DNA of 64,000 bases, taken from contig SHUF01000009.1 of the NCBI GenBank assembly GCA_009694745.1, positions 330 through 64,329 on the forward strand, given 5' to 3'. Both the position numbers and the translations under genes were made by a program. Shown one piece after another: positions 62,884 to 64,000 of this stretch (the first letter of the stretch is position 1; each line of letters starts with the position of its first letter). Origin of the DNA: Acidobacteriota bacterium. GTDB lineage: Bacteria > Acidobacteriota > Vicinamibacteria > Vicinamibacterales > SCN-69-37. Below the pieces are notes generated by a model. That model saw only the letters and a list, made by a program, of their open reading frames with translations, was not told where the DNA came from and did no database searches.

Positions 62884-62963
62884 CTCGGGCTTGAGGAACA
62901 GCCCGAGCTACGTACCGGACTGAGACTCTCCGGACGTAGCTCGGCCTGGTCTTCAAGGCCGAG
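62884..62963. repeat. GTAG-type REP doublet (family B)
   Basis: ctcgggcttgaggaacagcccgag-CTAC (62884-62911) and GTAG-ctcggcctggtcttcaaggccgag (62936-62963). Confidence 0.82.
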
Positions 62964-63000
62964 GCCCACGCGCCGACGAAATCGCTCTAGAATCGCGGCG

Positions 63001-63521
63001 GTGTCCTGCACACGCCGCCATTTTCTTGAAACCAGCCTGAAGGCCGGCGCTGCGACGTCGTTGCCTGTGTCGCCCGCGTGGTTCCAGGCCGCGCGCCCAC
63101 GCCCGAGCGCTGCGCAACTGGCGTGGCAGCGCGACGAGCTGGCGATATTCATCCATTTCGGCGTGAACACCTTCACCGACCGCGAGTGGGGTGACGGCAA
63201 GGAATCGCCCTCGATCTTCGCGTCCTCACGACTGGACACCCGGAATAACCACAAGCCCACCGGGCGCGGTGACGATTGCCTCGACCTGACGGGCATGGCG
63301 CTGTTTCCGTTTGGGTTCGGGCTCAGTTACACGACATTCGAGTATTCCAACCTGCGGATCACGCCTGACTCGATGGCCGCGTCAGGCACGGCAACGGTCC
63401 GTTGCACCGTGCGGAATACAGGGGCCGTGTCCGGTGGGTGGTGGAGCCGGGCGAGTTCCGCGTCATGGTGGGCTCGTCGTCGAAGGACATCCGCCTGCGC
63501 GGCTCGCTGGTGGTGAAGTGA
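63001..63521 (+). pseudogene. Collapsed GH29 alpha-L-fucosidase / GH3 beta-glucosidase remnant
   Basis: Tat signal plus GH29 start (QLAWQ...FIHFGVNTFTDREWGDG) fused to GH3 C-terminus (LFPFGFGLSYTTFEYSNL...VRNTG), then out-of-frame VVEPGEFRVMVGSSSKDIR. Confidence 0.85.
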
Positions 63522-63587
63522 AAAACGACCCCCGGAAAAACGACCTCTGAGGTCGTTTTTCTTTAAGGTCGTCTTTTTCACTTCACC
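63512..63587. repeat. Nested palindromic repeat family A
   Basis: Inner gaaaaacgacctc-t-gaggtcgtttttc (63535-63561) within outer arms that include both convergent stop codons. Confidence 0.8.
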
Positions 63588-64000
63588 TTGAAAATCGCGT
63601 CGTCGATCGGGGCGTTGAACGCCACTGTCAGGATCTTCAGTTCCGCCTGCACGGCGCCGCCCTGAGAAGTCTTGACGCTGTGCGGCACCATGATGCCGTC
63701 AATCGCCTTGTAGTCCGAGAGGTCCGTCTCGCTGGCATTGGCGCCTTCGGTGGTGATCCTGAGTTCCACGAATGTGTCGGGGTCGAGGTAGACGTGCTGC
63801 GTCGGCAGGTCTTTGCGCGACACCTTGAGGTGGTGTGCCTGCTTGCCGGCCACGGTGACCGCAGGCAGCAGCTCCACCATGAAGCCCTTGGTCTTGTAGT
63901 CGATCAGGGCGCCGTCGAAGTCGGACTGCGCCTTGGCAGTCGCGCTTTCCGCGCCCGGCATCTCCTGCGGGGCATCGCTGCCGGTCATCGGATTGATCAT
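63578..64000 (-). CDS. LolA-like outer-membrane lipoprotein-sorting family protein, partial (paralog of 20837-21592)
   Basis: Shared L.DYK..G..VELL, DLSDY.AIDG..VP, N..ID.A.F; 5' end lies beyond the window. Confidence 0.7.
   Translation of the reverse strand: MINPMTGSDAPQEMPGAESATAKAQSDFDGALIDYKTKGFMVELLPAVTVAGKQAHHLKVSRKDLPTQHVYLDPDTFVELRITTEGANASETDLSDYKAIDGIMVPHSVKTSQGGAVQAELKILTVAFNAPIDDAIFKVK

Overview
GC-rich bacterial chromosomal window. The gene set and repeat style suggest Acidobacteriota, possibly Vicinamibacterales-like (inference only). All family assignments come from motif recognition; no database searches were run. Intact housekeeping genes include a type II topoisomerase B subunit, an EfpL/YeiP-type EF-P, clpS/clpA, grpE and speA. 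A complete alternative complex III (actABCDEF) plus caa3-type A2 oxidase operon sits behind a Rex/CRP-type operator. There is also a MacAB-like ABC system and an unusual operon with a compact one-POTRA Omp85 protein between two related secreted proteins. A frameshifted integron integrase is co-oriented with its array, in which only a BrnT/BrnA toxin-antitoxin cassette with a clear attC survives. Accessory genes are being eroded: at least seven in-frame stops, several small frameshifting deletions and three collapsed-operon scars, and both two-component systems are dead. At least four families of short palindromic or tandem repeats occur, and many genes appear leaderless, including back-to-back bidirectional -10 elements. 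No rRNA, tRNA or CRISPR array was seen.
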